From positions 1-64,000 of the IMG/VR virus record IMGVR_UViG_3300044557_000107: a stretch of 64,000 nt of DNA. The stretch is one strand, 5' to 3'. The notes under the pieces were generated by a model. That model was not told where the DNA came from and did not search any database. It saw only the letters and a program-made list of their open reading frames with translations. Below, piece after piece: positions 10,489-21,744 of the stretch (the stretch's first letter is position 1; each line of letters starts with the position of its first letter). The position numbers and the translations under genes were made by a program. The stretch is from a virus. Lineage: Duplodnaviria > Caudoviricetes.

Positions 10489-11737
10489 ATGAACTACACC
10501 GTGTTTAAAAACACGGGTTTCTAGGAACACTGCATGCTTGGGTACCCTAAAATACCTAGAGGTTACAGCTATTTACTAAGGGCTGCCCCAGCCCATGTTA
10601 GTCTTTATCTTTGTGATGCTTGTAAAATGTTAATTGCCGCATTGATATCTCTATCATGGTGTGTACCACATTTAGGACAAGTCCATTGTCTAATATCTAA
10701 GGTATGTTTACCATCATCATAACCACAACTAGAACAAATCTGTGATGTTTTTCTGGGGTTAACAATGACTAATTGTTTCCCATACCACTCACATTTATAC
10801 TCTAATTGTTTCCTAAGTTCTCTCCAACTTTGGTTAGCAATTGCTCTAGCAAGTTTATGATTCTTAAGAAGATTTTTGGTTTTCAAATCTTCTATTTTAA
10901 TCACATCATACTGTTCTACTAGATCTTTTGTTAGCTTATGAAGATAGTCATTACGCTGGTTAACTACTTTCTCACTGTACTTAGCTACCATAATTTTAGC
11001 TTTTTGATAATTCTTAAAGTCTGCTAAATCGCGTGGCTCTGATACTTTATTATGTTTATCCCATGCAATTTCTTTCTTAGCCTGTAATCTTCTACGCGCT
11101 AGTCGTTTCTCCCAGTAATGTTTCTTATTAGCTAATATTTTATCAAATCTGATAGTGGGATACTTAACACCATCACTAGTAATCATTAGATCAGATACTC
11201 CCATATCAATACCTACTTGATTATCTGTATTAAGAATACTATCAATTTCTGTATCAACTAACAAAACTGCATAATACTTATTGGTTGAAGACAACCGAAT
11301 AGTAACCCTATTAATTTTACAGTCTGGTATTTGTCCTTTGGTTTTAACAACACCAATCTTAGGTAGCTTTAAATAATTTGTTGAAGCCTTGCTAATTCCC
11401 ATTTTTGATTGGTAACTCTGTTTAGGGAATTTACGAGACTTAAACTTAGGAAATCCTTTGTGTTCTCTAAAGAATTTCTTATAAGCTTCAACCAAGTCCT
11501 GATTAGTGTTTTGCAAACTGGTAGATTCAGCGTTTTTTAAGAAATGGTATTCACATTTTAAAGTTGGTAATAGTTTATCTAGAGTATAGGCTCCCAGAAA
11601 AGGCGCTTCTGGATTGTTTTCATAACGCTTTATCATCATGTCTAACATCTGATTATACTACCAACTATAATAGTGGTCGCTCAAGACGTTAATTCATCTC
11701 AGCATTAAAATACCGAACTTTCTCAACTAGCTTGGTA
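10489..11737 (-). mobile_element. IS200/IS605-family (IS1341-like, tnpB-only) element A
   Basis: TTTAC target at 11742-11738, AAAG next to the left-end hairpin, tnpB, omegaRNA-like tail, right-end hairpin CCGTGTTTTTAAACACGG and TTCAT end; removing it restores a 40-aa ORF in frame. Confidence 0.85.
10605..11648 (-). CDS. tnpB: TnpB RNA-guided nuclease, N-terminally truncated
   Basis: RuvC motifs GIDMG, IEDL and DRDINAA plus zinc finger CSSC/CPKC intact; the usual ~30-aa N-terminus before NQMLDMM is absent. Confidence 0.9.
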   Translation of the reverse strand: MLDMMIKRYENNPEAPFLGAYTLDKLLPTLKCEYHFLKNAESTSLQNTNQDLVEAYKKFFREHKGFPKFKSRKFPKQSYQSKMGISKASTNYLKLPKIGVVKTKGQIPDCKINRVTIRLSSTNKYYAVLLVDTEIDSILNTDNQVGIDMGVSDLMITSDGVKYPTIRFDKILANKKHYWEKRLARRRLQAKKEIAWDKHNKVSEPRDLADFKNYQKAKIMVAKYSEKVVNQRNDYLHKLTKDLVEQYDVIKIEDLKTKNLLKNHKLARAIANQSWRELRKQLEYKCEWYGKQLVIVNPRKTSQICSSCGYDDGKHTLDIRQWTCPKCGTHHDRDINAAINILQASQR

Positions 11738-11747
11738 GTAAATTGGT

Positions 11748-12155
11748 TCATTCCTCTGCCTCCAGTAAATCTAAATTCTCGTGAACGTTTCCTACAACTA
11801 CGCATGCGCCATCATAAAGGGAAAGACGATCATCCCAGTCGGAATAGGAATCATATAGTACGCCATCAAAAAGTATTTGCTTCATAATCTCACCTTTTAT
11901 AACAAAAGATCCAGATTCAAAAACAACTTCTGCATATCCACTAATTTCACTATTGAGTTCCACTGAGATGCGAACAATGTCTCCTTCGAAAATCTTGTTA
12001 CCATCCTTATCTTTTAATCCAGTGTACTGTTCCCAGACTACATCATGAGGATCAAGCATATCCCAGCTACTGTCAGCTACTATGGAGAATAAAGTAGCGT
12101 CATCTTCTAAATAATCATTGTCCTCTAGATCATATGCTCTAAATTCTGGTGTCAT
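11748..12155 (-). CDS. YopX-family protein
   Basis: FRAYD...EQYTGLKDKDGNKIFEGDI...VGNVHEN. Confidence 0.9.
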   Translation of the reverse strand: MTPEFRAYDLEDNDYLEDDATLFSIVADSSWDMLDPHDVVWEQYTGLKDKDGNKIFEGDIVRISVELNSEISGYAEVVFESGSFVIKGEIMKQILFDGVLYDSYSDWDDRLSLYDGACVVVGNVHENLDLLEAEE

Positions 12156-12607
12156 TTATTTACCTCCAACAATTCTGGATTTTCGTGAACATTACCAATA
12201 ATCTCAATATTTTCACGTCCTTGGTCAACATCACACAATAATCTCGTGACATATAATTTAATGTGCAGTGCTATAACCCTAAATGCACCCTTTTCATTAA
12301 TTACTTTTACTGTACGTGTGACTGTCTTAGGTGGAATTATTTTCGGGTTACAGTCATATTCATCCGTGTATAAATATGTTTTTGGATCATCATAACTAAG
12401 TTTCAAGATATCGCCTTCGAAAATCTTGTTACCATCCTTATCTTTCAATCCAGTGTACTGTTCAACAATAACTGTGTTAGTAACATTGCTATCAATTTCA
12501 CCAAAACTACTATCATATACTTCACCCTCTGGTGACATATAATAGAAGACCTGATTAGTACTGTATAGGTTATTCTCAGTATCCCACACTCTAAATTCTG
12601 GTGTCAT
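12152..12607 (-). CDS. YopX-family protein (tandem paralog)
   Basis: FRVWD...EQYTGLKDKDGNKIFEGDI...IGNVHENPELL. Confidence 0.9.
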   Translation of the reverse strand: MTPEFRVWDTENNLYSTNQVFYYMSPEGEVYDSSFGEIDSNVTNTVIVEQYTGLKDKDGNKIFEGDILKLSYDDPKTYLYTDEYDCNPKIIPPKTVTRTVKVINEKGAFRVIALHIKLYVTRLLCDVDQGRENIEIIGNVHENPELLEVNK

Positions 12608-12858
12608 TAGTCTTCACCTAACTTTCTTCCACATTGTGGGCAGTACGGGGGTCTTAATTCTGCAAGCACTTTTTCATCAGCATATACTCCAAAGACTTTA
12701 TGCTCAATAATCCCATATAAATCATCAGATTCTGAGTATAGTGCCTTAAACGGTTCATGACAGTACGGGCAATCATCTTGTTCTCTATTCATCGACTTCA
12801 TATTCCTTTCCGTATCCTGCATAGTAAGCGCGTTCTGGTAACAATTTAAGTTCCCCAT
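12607..12858 (-). CDS. small zinc-ribbon protein
   Basis: CPYC...YCPQCGRKL; real start probably MKSMN or MNREQ. Confidence 0.7.
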   Translation of the reverse strand: MGNLNCYQNALTMQDTERNMKSMNREQDDCPYCHEPFKALYSESDDLYGIIEHKVFGVYADEKVLAELRPPYCPQCGRKLGED

Positions 12859-13225
12859 TTAATCCTACTACTTTGTAGTAGCTACTAGAATGAGGATAAG
12901 GGGAATGGCTAATTTCAGAACTTTGATCTCCTGTTATCAACTCAATACTTTTTACTGGATTACCATAGAGAAACCCTAGTGGTTCACCCGTATAAAACCT
13001 TACAATATCCCCAAATACTGTTGATAAAGTCTCAATTTTTCTATTTTTCATAATGTTTTCTCCTATATCTAGATGCCGTCTAATACATAGAGTCAAAGTA
13101 CCACCCACAAGATTTAGTGCATTCCTATAATAGCTCTTAATCCACGACAGATCCATATTTAAGCAATATAGTAGTATACCATTGATTATTATCTCTGTTA
13201 CCATATGGGCCCTTAGCTGACTCCA

Positions 13226-13360
13226 TTATTTTATCACCTCGGTTTTATTACACTTTTCACAAGTACGATGCTTCCCATCTACCCAATAATACCAGTCGTG
13301 ATGAAAGCAAAGTGCTTGTTTCAATTTACGCTTAAATCTTACCCAAAAAGGTTCTACCAT
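13226..13360 (-). CDS. 44-aa Cys/His small protein (not in ORF track)
   Basis: MVEPFWVRFKRKLKQALCFHHDWYYWVDGKHRTCEKCNKTEVIK, RBS AGGAG. Confidence 0.6.
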   Translation of the reverse strand: MVEPFWVRFKRKLKQALCFHHDWYYWVDGKHRTCEKCNKTEVIK

Positions 13361-13371
13361 ATTTATATCTC

Positions 13372-13833
13372 CTATCCTAGTTTCATAAAGATTAACCAGT
13401 GAGTTTTACTTCGCTTATCACCAAATAAAGGGGTATACCCCACTGCTTTTAACACTTCTCGTACTTTAATCTGGTCATCATTCCACTTAAAGATTAAGGT
13501 ACCATAAGGTTTAAGTACCCGGAATGCTTCATCAAACCCATGTTTTAAGTCATCTTGCCATGTATCTTTATTAAGTACCCAATACTTTTTCTTTAACCAA
13601 CTATTATCACCTGCGTGAAGCAAGTGAGGTGGATCAAAGACTACCATGTGAAACATATTGTCTGAAAATGGTAACTTCTTAGTCCAGTCTGCTACAATAT
13701 CAGGATGTACCTTAATTGTACGATCAGGTAATTCATACTCTACATCGCGTTTATCTACAAAGGTAGCATTTTCATTCTGTTTATCCCACCAGAACATGCG
13801 ACTACCAGCAGTCATATCTAGAATTGACTTCAA
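13372..13833 (-). CDS. SAM-dependent (probable DNA amino-) methyltransferase
   Basis: ILDMTAGSRMFW SAM-binding motif and FDPPH catalytic-like motif. Confidence 0.85.
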   Translation of the reverse strand: MKSILDMTAGSRMFWWDKQNENATFVDKRDVEYELPDRTIKVHPDIVADWTKKLPFSDNMFHMVVFDPPHLLHAGDNSWLKKKYWVLNKDTWQDDLKHGFDEAFRVLKPYGTLIFKWNDDQIKVREVLKAVGYTPLFGDKRSKTHWLIFMKLG

Positions 13834-13863
13834 CTTAGTTATTCCCCCTATTCCTAGTTATAT

Positions 13864-14004
13864 TTATCTCCAACTAATACATTCATCTCGATAGTCTCCG
13901 TGACCAAAAGGATCATTCCAACATGCAAATGGATCATCTTTTTTCATTGGGTCATTCCACGGTTCGAATAGATCATTGTTTTTAGGATACTGATTGTTAT
14001 TCAT
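13864..14004 (-). CDS. 46-aa peptide with duplicated WNDP motif (not in ORF track)
   Basis: MNNNQYPKNNDLFEPWNDPMKKDDPFACWNDPFGHGDYRDECISWR, RBS AAGGTAGG. Confidence 0.6.
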   Translation of the reverse strand: MNNNQYPKNNDLFEPWNDPMKKDDPFACWNDPFGHGDYRDECISWR

Positions 14005-14166
14005 TACATGTACCTACCTTTTCTTAGATTGTAATTAGCTTGCCGTCTTTCATGCCTATGAATTTTACTCCGGTACTTACTTAATACATATTTCTTATTT
14101 TCTTTAGCACCCTTAATGGCATCTACGTCCCAGATATATCTATTGAACGCTTTGTAGTGTGTATTC

Positions 14167-17100
14167 CTATTTTTCATTAATGGATACTTCCAGTTTAGTA
14201 AACATAGAACGATTTAGGAAAAGAGGAGATTCTGTAATTTCTTCATCAGTGAACCCTACTTTATCTGAATCTTCCCTAGTTTCAATCCACCGACCATCAG
14301 AGCTTTCATATAAGTATCCTTTATCAATAATCCATTGACCCTCAGCTTCCTTGATTAACACTGGAACACAATTTTCCTCTGGATCATGTGGTTCAATAAT
14401 ATAAGCATAATGTTTTACTTGCTTACGATACTCTACTGGTGTTTGCGTATATTCCTCTATCAAGTCAAATAACTCAGGAGTGATCCAAGCTGTAATGAGT
14501 AAACTATGCTGTGCATTATTAATAGACGCTACCTGTTGGGTACCATTCTTGTACCAAACAGTGATAGTTCCATCATAATCAGGAAAAGCCCGGTAACCTG
14601 TACTTTCCGGAACATCTAATTCATTTACAGCTTTAACAAATTCTTCTTGTGTTAACATTTTAGTATTCCCCCACTTGCTTACTTAAATATTCATCAAATT
14701 GCTTTTCAATCTCTTTATCTTTAGCTTGTAACTCATCAAAGTTAGTAATCATGGTATCTCCATTCATAACAATATCGCGCTTAATAGCTTTCAAACAGTG
14801 CTTTAAGTCTGAGTAGAATCCCATAGTCACCGGTTGTTTTAATGGAGTCCCCTCAGCGGTGACCCCAGTCTTACTTAGAATATAATTCATTGTATCATTT
14901 GTAATAATGTATTTGCCAATTTCAAATTTAACCATTTTGTTGTCCCTCCCATGTAATAGCTAGTCCAATTTCGCCATCTTCATCATAGAGTTTCTCTACT
15001 GTATACCCTAATGACTGTAGCTTAGTAACTAAGTTTTTAGTCCCTAGTTTAATAGCTTCTTCGCTAAAAATGTGTAGTGTGCAGATTAATTCATATTTAT
15101 CGTAGTGATAGAATCCCTCCCGGTTATAAGGAATACTAAAGGTATCTGGGTATGGACTGTACCCCCAATTGTGCTTGGATACTTGACTTAATAAGTGCCT
15201 AGATACTAACAGGTCTAAAATATCTCCTACTACAGGTACTTGGTGACTAATTGCTGTTTCACTAAATTGTTTCAAATCTTCTGGTTGTGGAATGACTCCA
15301 TAGTTACTCATTTAGCCATGCCTCCTTAATGGTTTCATAGGTAGTATCCATAATATCATCTATCATTGTATCTAACGCCAGATTATAAATTTCCTTACTA
15401 TCAGCTATAGCCGCTTTGTAAGCAATACATTTATAGTTGGTTACAATCTGCTTAATCTTTGCACGTAAATCACTATCCATAACTAGTCTCCTTTTTCATA
15501 GCTATTTGTTTACATCTATTATTATAGCACTTCTAATGGCCAAGTCAATAGGGTAAAACAAAAAAGTCACCTAAAATTAATCAGATGACCTCTATTATTA
15601 GATATTATTACTAATTATTTGTCCTTCTTAATCGCGTATATATAAGTTTTGTTGTGATTATATGATATATCCTCAGTAGGCCCTACCACATCATCGTCAT
15701 ATACCCAGATATCAAAGTCTTCAATACTTTTCCCTTCTTTATCTAGGTACTCTTCAAACTCTAATTTTGCACTATATAGGCCTTGCATAACTAGACCAAG
15801 AGTCCCATCTGTTACAAAATAAACCCACCATTCACTATCAGCAGATCTGTTAGTTTTATCTTCTTTAAACCATTCTTTAGAATCATCATAAGGTTCTAAG
15901 GTACTTAGATAGTCCACAATCTGTTTCTTAGCGTCTTCCACACTAATTACTTCAAAGTCAATTTTTTGTTTCTCTTGTTCACTTTTAGACAGTTCTGGCA
16001 GTTGCTTATCCTGAAAATCATTATAATAAGCTATATACTTTTTAGCATATTCTATAGGTGACCCGTGATTGTTATTAAGTTTATCGTTAACGATGTGGTC
16101 TGCATAATCCGATAGATTACCCTTTGGTTGCTCGATATAATTATTTTTAAAAATACTATCCAGTTCATAGGAAAGGTAAGCTTCTGTATAGTCTCCGGGT
16201 AAGGGAGAACCAAATCGACTCGTATAAGTAGGCAAAATAGCCCAGTGTTTCCCTTTTGAAAGAGTTGCTTTAACCAGGTAATCTCCTTGTGGCGAACCCC
16301 ACCATCGGGGATTCCAACTACTGTCGTCCTCAATATAGGTACCTAGTGTCTTTCCACCAGCAGTAATGCTCCAATCTGTCATTAGTAACCCACCTCAGCT
16401 TCTACTACGTCGTCTAAACTAATACCCCGGGCACTTAGCTGTTCTTTTGTCCAAACTACGTTAGGATAGATAAAGGCAAAGTCCTTATCGGGTTCATCAC
16501 TACGACTAACAGTTCCTAATAAGGTTGAGTGATCAACTTGATCTGGATGAGTATAGTAGAAGCCCTTAGTATAAGGGACAGGATAGAAATATTTTCTTTC
16601 TTTGGTCACAGTAAACCCATGATAATATGCCTGATGAAACTCTTCTTCATGCTTATCAATCCAATTCATACAATCCACATTACTACTATCAGAATTGATT
16701 AGATAGAATACAAGATTAAGGTATGTGTCGTCACCAGTGTATACTGCGTGTCCCTCATTCTTTAAAGGAACTTCAAAACTGGGGTTAAGTAATCTAGCAA
16801 TATTAACTGGTACTTCTGGATAATCGTTTACTTTGTCTACTACTGCCCCAGGAATAGGCGATCCTATGCCGGTAATCTCATCTACGATAGTGTAACCTGT
16901 TGGGTTACCATTTTGGTCATATTGAATATCCTTTACAGTTCCTTCAAATTTAGCAGTGTCTCCTACTTTAATATCTTTTGCCATATTATCAAGCCCCTTC
17001 TGTAATTTATTAAGTCTTTCAGCACAGTTTTTCATCCAGTCCTCGGGAGTCCTGAAAGTTGTCTCTGATTTTTCAGTTCCTTCGCCATTTAGACCTTTTA

Positions 17101-18233
17101 AAAAATAGTCGTCCGGTAATTTATAAGCATCTACTGAAAATGTTGACACAATATCCTCTCCTTAGTATCCATTTTACTACTTATCTTTTAGTTTATCAAG
17201 CATATGTTTATTTTTATCCTCATACTCTTTCTTAATCATCATCTCAAGTGAGATATATTTCTGGTGTTCTGTTAGCGGTGCCTGTGTAATGTGATACAGA
17301 TCATGTAGGAACTCTGCACGATCCCATTCGTCAAAGAATTTGTCAGGTATCCCATCAAGGAATTTATCTACGTCTTTAGCTGTTTCCTCGATAAACTCAT
17401 CTTCGTCTTGTTCTGAAGTGAAAAAATACTTTGTCATACTCGTGCCTTCTTTCTTATATTCCTAATTATAATCCTAAATATCTTTCAAGTCAACTGAAAT
17501 ATGGCTAGTCCCACCAACCATCAAGATGTTCTGCCAAGTACCTTCCAGCCTCTAAAGCATTTGCTTGTTTACTAGCGAGCACAGGATTGTTTAACTGAGA
17601 AACTAGAAGCATACTGTAGAAGTACTCTAGTTCATGAACCTGTTTAATAGCTCCCTTGTCTTCCTCTACTCCCTCGTAGTACTTATGAAAAGCGACCCAA
17701 ATGGTATACACGATTAGTGCTTTTATTTGCTTGTCGTCATAGCTTAAGATAATATCTCGGTACTTTGGTGTACTTTCTCGGACCCAATGATCCTCTTTTT
17801 CCTGACTCCATGGGACAATACTATCAAAATAATCTGAGATACTCTTAATACTCTTCTTGACTTCGTTATACTGTCTGGACTTTCCTCGGTCACAGATTAG
17901 ATACATAAACTGGCGAAAATACACAGGATCCCACCATTTAACCTTATTTCGTATTTTTCGAACTCGCCGTTTAGTAAACCATGGGCTAATATCATGTAAA
18001 GCATCCTGTAGGCTACGTTCTATTTCACTGTGATAGCTCCACCCCCAGCTAAGTTTGTACCCTTTACGTCCCTGATTTTTATTTTCTTCAATAGCTTCCT
18101 TAATAGATACTTTCCAGTCTTTTAATTGATCTTCCACAGTTAAGTTGTTTGACCAGTTCAAAGCATACCCTGAGATATCCTGCAAGTACTGATCATGATC
18201 TTCTTCTGCCTTATCCCAATTAATTTTATCCAT
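14167..18233 (-). other. cluster of early hypothetical genes (14167-14658, 14660-14935, 14928-15311, 15615-16382, 16382-17149, 17177-17437, 17505-18233)
   Basis: Consecutive ORFs with RBSs; promoter TTGACT-N16-TATAAT at 15548-15521. Confidence 0.7.
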
Positions 18234-18296
18234 ACACGGTTCCTTTCTTGAGCCTAGCGCCTAAATTAGCTTTGATACTGAAAGGGGATTATTACA

Positions 18297-18638
18297 TTGA
18301 ATCATCTTAGTAATTTTAAAAAGTTGCTTAAACAGTTACACTTCTATTATGACTACTATGCGTATACCATTGAAAACGAAGATACACGACTACGAGTAGA
18401 ACATCAAGTTACACTAATTGACCAATCCATTCAGGAACTACTTCCAGATCTTCAGAGAGAGTCTGAAAGACGCTGGGCAACCCGGTATATAAGTCTACGC
18501 CAGTCTTTTGAAGAAACTAATAGCAATTACTACCAAATCACTATGTCAACTTACAAGCAACAATATTACTTACTAATAGACACCTTAGATAATCTTGTTA
18601 AGTCTTTAACGCGTACTAACTATTATGACGCTAGTTAG
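18297..18638 (+). CDS. hypothetical protein on the opposite strand
   Basis: 113 aa, RBS AAAGGGG, preceded by the late-type motif CTAAATTAGCTTTG at 18261-18274. Confidence 0.7.
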   Translation: MNHLSNFKKLLKQLHFYYDYYAYTIENEDTRLRVEHQVTLIDQSIQELLPDLQRESERRWATRYISLRQSFEETNSNYYQITMSTYKQQYYLLIDTLDNLVKSLTRTNYYDAS

Positions 18639-18957
18639 ACTGCTTATACCCCAGAACATTACTTACATTTGCGTGAAGCCACATGGATAAATTAGTCATT
18701 ACTCCTAAAGACTTATTAGTAATAACTCGGTTATTCACATAGTGCAAATCTCCTAGGCAGTCTAGATAGCATAATTCAAAATATGAAGTGCTTGGAGAAT
18801 CTCTATATTCCAGCTTAATTGGCTTTTGCTCGTCGTTTATATCATAAGTCACACGATACCCATTCTCTTGATAATCCGCGTGACGCTTAAGGAACCCTTC
18901 ATGACTTTGAAGAGTTCTTTTTAAATTCTGTTCTTGGACTTTAGATAGTTTTTCCAT
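18631..18957 (-). CDS. hypothetical protein
   Basis: 108-aa ORF with RBS. Confidence 0.65.
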   Translation of the reverse strand: MEKLSKVQEQNLKRTLQSHEGFLKRHADYQENGYRVTYDINDEQKPIKLEYRDSPSTSYFELCYLDCLGDLHYVNNRVITNKSLGVMTNLSMWLHANVSNVLGYKQSN

Positions 18958-19124
18958 TGTTTCACCTAAGACCTTTCGTGTAGGTAGCTAAAACAGGCTA
19001 CTTTATAGTACATACCGTTAACTTATCTTAAAATTTTAGTAGCTTTTGCTAAGTAACCTAAAGTTATTCTATGTTTCACATGAGTAACTTATTTGAATAA
19101 TAATTAGGATCCGAGGTATCTACC

Positions 19125-19916
19125 CTAAAAATCAACCAATTTTATTTTTATACCAAATACGTCAAAAACCTTATCTTTGTTGTTAAAAACTTCTTCAATA
19201 GCCTTATTTCTAAGCTCTTTTAGCTTATTTATCTTTTCATATTCTTTGACTTTTGTTTCAACGTCCTCAAGATACGTACGAATTCCTAGATGGTCTTCTT
19301 CTAAGTACTTAGACAGTAAATCATAGTATCTAGCATTAGAAAAGTATTCACGGTAAATATATACTCTCATTTGACTGGTTAGTCTTAGTCTGTTACCGAC
19401 TGCATAAAAAATACTTCCAAGAATGCTCTGATAGCTTCGTTCACTAAAGTCAAAATTATTCCAGTCTTCTATATCCTGAGCTAATCCAAACTCCTGCTTA
19501 GTAGGAACTTCATAGGAATCCGTGTACAAGTTAAATATTTTTGGATTCATGTACCAAGAGTATACCCCAGTAGATACTGTATAATAGCCATGTGGTCCAG
19601 TTACTTCTGATTTATCCTTAGTACATAGTAAATCTAGAAGCGTTATAGAATAATCCTTTTTAAGTTCAATATACTTTACGGTATACGGATAATGCTTAAT
19701 TAGCTCCTTAAATACCTTTTGCATTACTCGGTATGAAAGCCCAATAGTATGAGTTCCATACTTTTCTTTTAGCTGTTCTTCGTTAAGCATACTAAGATCC
19801 TTGAAAGTTCCTGGAATATCATCTAAAGCACTTTTTGTTCTTACCAAGGCCCCAATTTCAGAGTACTCAGCATTCACTGAATCTTTATATTTTTCAAATT
19901 CGTCCAACCGTATCAC
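19125..19916 (-). CDS. hypothetical protein
   Basis: 263-aa ORF behind TTGACT-N17-TATAAT. Confidence 0.7.
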   Translation of the reverse strand: MIRLDEFEKYKDSVNAEYSEIGALVRTKSALDDIPGTFKDLSMLNEEQLKEKYGTHTIGLSYRVMQKVFKELIKHYPYTVKYIELKKDYSITLLDLLCTKDKSEVTGPHGYYTVSTGVYSWYMNPKIFNLYTDSYEVPTKQEFGLAQDIEDWNNFDFSERSYQSILGSIFYAVGNRLRLTSQMRVYIYREYFSNARYYDLLSKYLEEDHLGIRTYLEDVETKVKEYEKINKLKELRNKAIEEVFNNKDKVFDVFGIKIKLVDF

Positions 19917-20003
19917 CTTCCTAATTAGGAATTATATGCTAGTAACTACCAGAAGTCAAATAAAAAGAACCCCATAAATTGGAGTTCTTTAAAGTATTTC
20001 TTA

Positions 20004-20240
20004 TTATCCTGCTACAGTCGTAGTAGTCGTGGTTGGAGCTACTGTAGTTGTAGTAGTTGTGGTATCTGTAAAGTCTGGTACAACTACTTTGTTGCTTTCC
20101 TTTGTTCCATCGTAATTCAAGTGTGTTAGAGTGTATCCTGTATAGGTGACTCCACTTTCTACAGGGATAGCTAACGGTGAGGCACCAGTTTGAACTAATG
20201 CACCCAGCTCATTGTATAAATTAAACTTTGCTTCTGCCAT
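20004..20240 (-). CDS. small virion decoration/tail-type (FN3-like) protein with C-terminal poly-Thr tag
   Basis: ESNKVVVPDFT resembles the ESxKVDVPxFxT tail-decoration motif; ends DTTTTTTTVAPTTTTTTVAG. Confidence 0.7.
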   Translation of the reverse strand: MAEAKFNLYNELGALVQTGASPLAIPVESGVTYTGYTLTHLNYDGTKESNKVVVPDFTDTTTTTTTVAPTTTTTTVAG

Positions 20241-20297
20241 GATATATCATAGTCCTTTCTGAAATCTGATTTCAAGTTTAATTTAGCTATTATATTA

Positions 20298-20969
20298 TCA
20301 CAAAAGTAATCCAAACAAGCCGTTAACAAGAATACTCAGAAGCATTAATCCCATATTTCTTAGCAAAGTCTTCTTAAAGTGAACTTCGCTTATTTTAGAA
20401 GAAACTAAAGCTACCACAGTAACGCTAGTTATGGCCCCAATTAAACCTGCATAAAATACATAATAGCTAGGCATTAATAGTAAGAATACTAAAGGGATTA
20501 TTCCAGAACAAAAAGCAAATATCAAAGAATAGATTGTAGCTTGAACAGGACTAACTGAGTGACCTTTTTCAATATTATACTTATTTTCTAGTATCTCAGT
20601 AACTGGATCCCGAAGCGCTTTAACTGCTCTTTCCGCAGTTTCTTGTGAAATCCCCTTTTGCATATACTGCTGGGTAAGTTCTTTACAGGAACTTTCAGGG
20701 TCTTTACGCATTCTATCATATTCCTTAGTCGTAATTTCCTGCTCTAATTGCTTTTGAGATGTTACGGAGTTATATTCCCCAGCAGACATAGAAATAGCAC
20801 AGGCGACCAAATTAGATATTCCAGCTACAAGAATAACATATTTATTACTTGAAGCAATGCCTAAACTAAATATTATTCCTACAGTTGTTAAAATTCCGTC
20901 ACTAGAACCCAGAACACCGGCTCTTAGTGAATTGACTCTTTGCTCTAAAGTATCACTCATATTATGCAC
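20298..20969 (-). CDS. VIT1/CCC1 family Fe/Mn transporter
   Basis: LRAGVLGSSDGI...ISMSAGEY motif and transmembrane helices. Confidence 0.9.
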   Translation of the reverse strand: MHNMSDTLEQRVNSLRAGVLGSSDGILTTVGIIFSLGIASSNKYVILVAGISNLVACAISMSAGEYNSVTSQKQLEQEITTKEYDRMRKDPESSCKELTQQYMQKGISQETAERAVKALRDPVTEILENKYNIEKGHSVSPVQATIYSLIFAFCSGIIPLVFLLLMPSYYVFYAGLIGAITSVTVVALVSSKISEVHFKKTLLRNMGLMLLSILVNGLFGLLL

Positions 20970-21637
20970 CCCACTAAATAAGTAATTCCCATAGATATTG
21001 TCCCTATAATTAAATTACGGATAATATTAGATATTACAGAACTCTTTGTTACTTTAGCCGCGATTGTTCCAATAATAAGAAGAGCTATCACAACACTTAT
21101 TCCAGTAAAGAGAAGCTTAAACTTTATAGGCGCAATCATGACAAAGATAAGGGGTATGAGACTACCTAGAGGAAAAGCTATAAAAGAAGCAATACCCGCA
21201 AAATATGGGTTAGTTATGTTATTAATATCAAAACCATACTTTTCTTGAACTATAGTTCTTAGAGGGTCCTCTTGTAGCATTTCTTGAGCAAAGTTAAGGG
21301 ATAATTCTTCTGGTAGTCCCTTCTTTTGATATAAAGATGCAATAAAATGTAATGACTTTCCCTGATTAAGGTTGCTTCGTTCATTAATAATAACTTTTTG
21401 TTGAGAGTCCTTTTCAGCACTTACTGAAGCAACTTCCCCTAAAGCCATACTGATCATACCCGCAATAATACCAGCAACAATAGACTTAAATAGAACTCCG
21501 GAATTGCTTGTTGTTGCTAAAACACCTAAAGCTAATCCTGAAATAGATATAAGTCCATCATTGAAAGACATCAGAAAAGATCTTAAAATATTAGATTCAT
21601 CACTTAAACTAAGTTTCAATTTACCTTCTTCTTTCAT
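20957..21637 (-). CDS. VIT1/CCC1 family Fe/Mn transporter
   Basis: LRSFLMSFNDGL...ISMALGE...NP...ASFIAFPLGSLIPL. Confidence 0.9.
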   Translation of the reverse strand: MKEEGKLKLSLSDESNILRSFLMSFNDGLISISGLALGVLATTSNSGVLFKSIVAGIIAGMISMALGEVASVSAEKDSQQKVIINERSNLNQGKSLHFIASLYQKKGLPEELSLNFAQEMLQEDPLRTIVQEKYGFDINNITNPYFAGIASFIAFPLGSLIPLIFVMIAPIKFKLLFTGISVVIALLIIGTIAAKVTKSSVISNIIRNLIIGTISMGITYLVGCII

Positions 21638-21744
21638 CCTGTTTTCAAGTACAAGTTTCTGTATTTTACTCCAAAGTTAATTTAGTTCTCTATTTGTATG
21701 TAAACTATCTAAATTAAATTTGGCGGATAGAAAGGATATGCGAA

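Noticed and set aside
10534-10722. Short antisense or nested ORFs in the track (e.g. 4224, 6188, 10534, 13658, 23734, 26514, 27765, 27937, 39487, 42608, 43148, 47590, 54031, 56470, 60862)
   Set aside because: They are shadows of well-supported genes, without RBSs or recognisable motifs.
11723-11726. TTGA(G/T) as an ISDra2-like target/TAM for the tnpB elements
   Set aside because: Sequence shared among copies extends further upstream, to TTTAT or TTTAC. That matches the expected ~17-20-nt spacing from the left-end hairpin and restores both interrupted genes.
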